Source: a virus. Taken from it: DNA of 64,000 nt. Below are positions 62,012 through 64,000 of the stretch, one piece after another; the stretch's first letter is position 1; each line of letters starts with the position of its first letter. Both the position numbers and the translations under genes were made by a program. The DNA lies in the IMG/VR virus record IMGVR_UViG_3300009506_000003, positions 32,001-96,000 of that record; one strand, written 5' to 3'. Below the pieces are notes generated by a model. It had not been told where the DNA came from and searched no databases. It worked only from the letters and a program-made list of their open reading frames with translations.

Positions 62012-62359
62012 CTGAGCGAGTGGAAAGCGTGCTCGGGGACGATGTCAGACGGTCGCCGGCACTGCTACTACCGCGCAGTCACACAGCTCAACGGTAGATG
62101 GTACTGCAGGAAGTGCTTCCGCCAACGGATAGCCAAACCCAAGCCGTCTCCCAAGCCAAAGAAAAAGTCAGCAGTCATCAACCCCGCCGGGCGCATTCCC
62201 GACAAAGACTTGCTGAAGCTCTACAGGAACGTTCGTCGATACCAGGAGTCCGGAGGCACCATGGATGTCTACAGCTCCAAAGTCCTCATCAACGAAATCG
62301 TTCCTGCCCTGCTACTCGAAGTGATGCGGCTTCGAGGTATCGAACTGCCAGAGGGTTGA
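62012..62359 (+). CDS. Zinc-finger-containing basic protein (probable CTG start)
   Basis: GGAGG lies 6 nt before the in-frame CTG at 62012; the extension adds a fourth Cys. Confidence 0.6.
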   Translation: MSEWKACSGTMSDGRRHCYYRAVTQLNGRWYCRKCFRQRIAKPKPSPKPKKKSAVINPAGRIPDKDLLKLYRNVRRYQESGGTMDVYSSKVLINEIVPALLLEVMRLRGIELPEG

Positions 62360-62494
62360 GGTATGCCTCTCAGGCAAGGAGTCCAACATGCCTTTTCACA
62401 TTTGAGCAAACGAGATCATGGCGGTCGCCATGACACTTCCGTTCATCGGGTGGATCTTCCATTGGGTCCGTCACAAACTGAAAGGACAAAAGCC

Positions 62495-62626
62495 ATGTTC
62501 CGATTTGGAAAACGAGGGATCGTGTTCGTTGGGTCAGTGCGAGCATTCCGAAGAGCACTCCGAGATCTACGATCCGCTCGACCCGGGATGACGCTGCTCG
62601 AGTACTGCAATGAGCACACTTCCTGA
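62495..62626 (+). CDS. Small hypothetical protein
   Basis: AAAGGA SD before ATG 62495; could extend upstream to 62363. Confidence 0.4.
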   Translation: MFRFGKRGIVFVGSVRAFRRALRDLRSARPGMTLLEYCNEHTS

Positions 62627-62948
62627 AGGCTACTCTCCTGAGTCCTGCCACTGGTGCTACCAGGGAGACATGCTTGTCGGAGAGTCATCCTTCCACCGGC
62701 AGGAATGGTGTGTTCAGTGCGGTACGGTTCGCGTCTGGTTCGACAGGACAGGGTGGTCCTACCAGGTATCTGACCTGGCCCGCGCGCACCCATGCGCCGG
62801 TGAGGGTCAGTTCCTGAGTGAGGTGCCCTCCCGAGCTCTACCTCCCCTCCGCAAGAGGAGACTTGGCAGAGGCCTCAAGGATCTGCTGCCACATGCAGGG
62901 TCCACTGTCATTCGAGGGCTCTTCCCTATTCCAGGAAAGAAGCCCTGA
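62610..62948 (+). CDS. Zinc-ribbon protein
   Basis: CHWC...CVQC; C-terminal RLGRGL..LLP motif reminiscent of the ParB N-terminal peptide. Confidence 0.6.
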   Translation: MSTLPEGYSPESCHWCYQGDMLVGESSFHRQEWCVQCGTVRVWFDRTGWSYQVSDLARAHPCAGEGQFLSEVPSRALPPLRKRRLGRGLKDLLPHAGSTVIRGLFPIPGKKP

Positions 62949-62953
62949 CCCTC

Positions 62954-62969
62954 TTTTCGTCATAAGAAT
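62954..62969 (+). promoter_or_regulatory. ATAAG promoter-like motif (TTTTCGTCATAAGAAT)
   Basis: Intergenic, upstream of the gene at 63066. Confidence 0.6.
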
Positions 62970-63065
62970 CATGGAGCGGGATTGGACACCCCGCGCCATA
63001 ACTGTGGGGTCGGCTGCTGCTTTGGCTATGAGCAGTCGGCCCCACGCAACTCTCAGGAGAACATC

Positions 63066-63278
63066 ATGGATGCAGAAGTCCAAGCGGCAGTTGACTCTGC
63101 CAGAAGTGCACAGAAACGCTCGTTGGAAACCACGAAGGCTCAGGTAGCAGAGGCTCTCGAAGCTCTGCCCTCGAGGATCCGAACGTACCGCTCCATCGAC
63201 CTTGCCCACGAGCTCGACCGCGTGTCCGATCTTCTCAAGAAGCAACACTGGGCCAAGGAATGGCTGAGGGAGGAATAG
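63066..63278 (+). CDS. Hypothetical helical protein
   Basis: SD AGGAG, ATG 63066. Confidence 0.7.
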   Translation: MDAEVQAAVDSARSAQKRSLETTKAQVAEALEALPSRIRTYRSIDLAHELDRVSDLLKKQHWAKEWLREE

Positions 63279-63280
63279 CT

Positions 63281-64000
63281 GTGGAGTTCACCCACTTCGA
63301 ACGGGTCATGAAGGATACCCTGCGGTACGACCAGGAAGGTCGCGCGTTCGCTCGCAAGGCCGTCGCGGAAGGCAAGCCGTCGGAGATGTTCTACGACTTC
63401 TTGAAGGGGCACAAGGATCGGTTGAGGGAAGCGGCCAAGTCCGAGGCCGCCCTCATCCGAACACTTTTACCCCTCAACGGTCGGGCAATGATGATCGCCC
63501 ATCACATCACCAAGGAGCTGCTCAAGCTCCAGGAGGACGAGTACTCTTTCGAGGAGCTGACCAAGCACCCCGACTACGCCACCGTGGTGGGGATCGCCAG
63601 CGTCTCCAAGGATGAGCTCGTCATCAACTCCTCGGGCAACATGTACTTCCACATGGCCGCGCACGACAAAGCGGGCCTCAAAGTCTACGAGCCGAGCGTC
63701 GGGTTGGCAGAACAGCTTCGGCACACGGAGCTCCGAGGCCTTGAAGTCGATAACCTCGAGCTACCCCACCGAAGCATCTACCTGAAGGTCCCCTCCTCAG
63801 CAGACCTGAAGATCTGGAACGACGAGTCCGGGTGGCACTCCGTCATTGGGATATACGTGGTGGAGGAGCGCAGAGAAGGTACCCGTTCATGGAGGTTCTT
63901 GGTCTGCGGGGAGACGAAACCCATCAAGGTGGCGCAGGGTATCTACGATGACAACGACGCCCTGGTCTACTTCAACGTTCCGCTTCCAGAGGGGATGCGA
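63281..64000 (+). CDS. Hypothetical phage protein (partial, runs off the window)
   Basis: Not in the ORF track. GTG 63281 after GGAGG; open frame MEFTHFERVMKDTLRYDQEG...HTELRGLEVDNLELPHRSIYL... to the window end. Confidence 0.75.
   Translation, partial: MEFTHFERVMKDTLRYDQEGRAFARKAVAEGKPSEMFYDFLKGHKDRLREAAKSEAALIRTLLPLNGRAMMIAHHITKELLKLQEDEYSFEELTKHPDYATVVGIASVSKDELVINSSGNMYFHMAAHDKAGLKVYEPSVGLAEQLRHTELRGLEVDNLELPHRSIYLKVPSSADLKIWNDESGWHSVIGIYVVEERREGTRSWRFLVCGETKPIKVAQGIYDDNDALVYFNVPLPEGMR

Noticed and set aside
1-64000. CRISPR arrays, tRNAs, introns or inteins
   Set aside because: No regularly spaced direct repeats, cloverleaf or intein/homing-endonuclease motifs noticed by eye; a tool scan could still find weak cases.

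Overview
The window is best read as part of a large, GC-rich tailed dsDNA phage genome with a probably contractile tail (possibly a jumbo phage). From 1 to 43.8 kb an almost uninterrupted minus-strand virion module encodes tail and baseplate proteins (baseplate J-like, gp25-like, hub-like, tape measure), fibre and decoration proteins, a sigma-70 family sigma factor, and a small membrane-protein/holin-like cluster next to an MshEN-like protein. A plus-strand island at 44.6-49.8 kb carries a WGR-domain ATP-dependent DNA ligase, a MazG-like pyrophosphatase and small ORFs. A second minus-strand block (49.8-60.4 kb) carries two GroES co-chaperonins, a candidate -1 frameshifted tail assembly chaperone and a degenerate RecA. 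The final plus-strand block includes a bacterial-type histone-fold protein. A recurring ATAAG promoter-like motif and several structured intergenic segments are also visible. I saw no capsid, terminase, sheath, tRNA or CRISPR features. All protein assignments come from reading motifs by eye, not from database searches.
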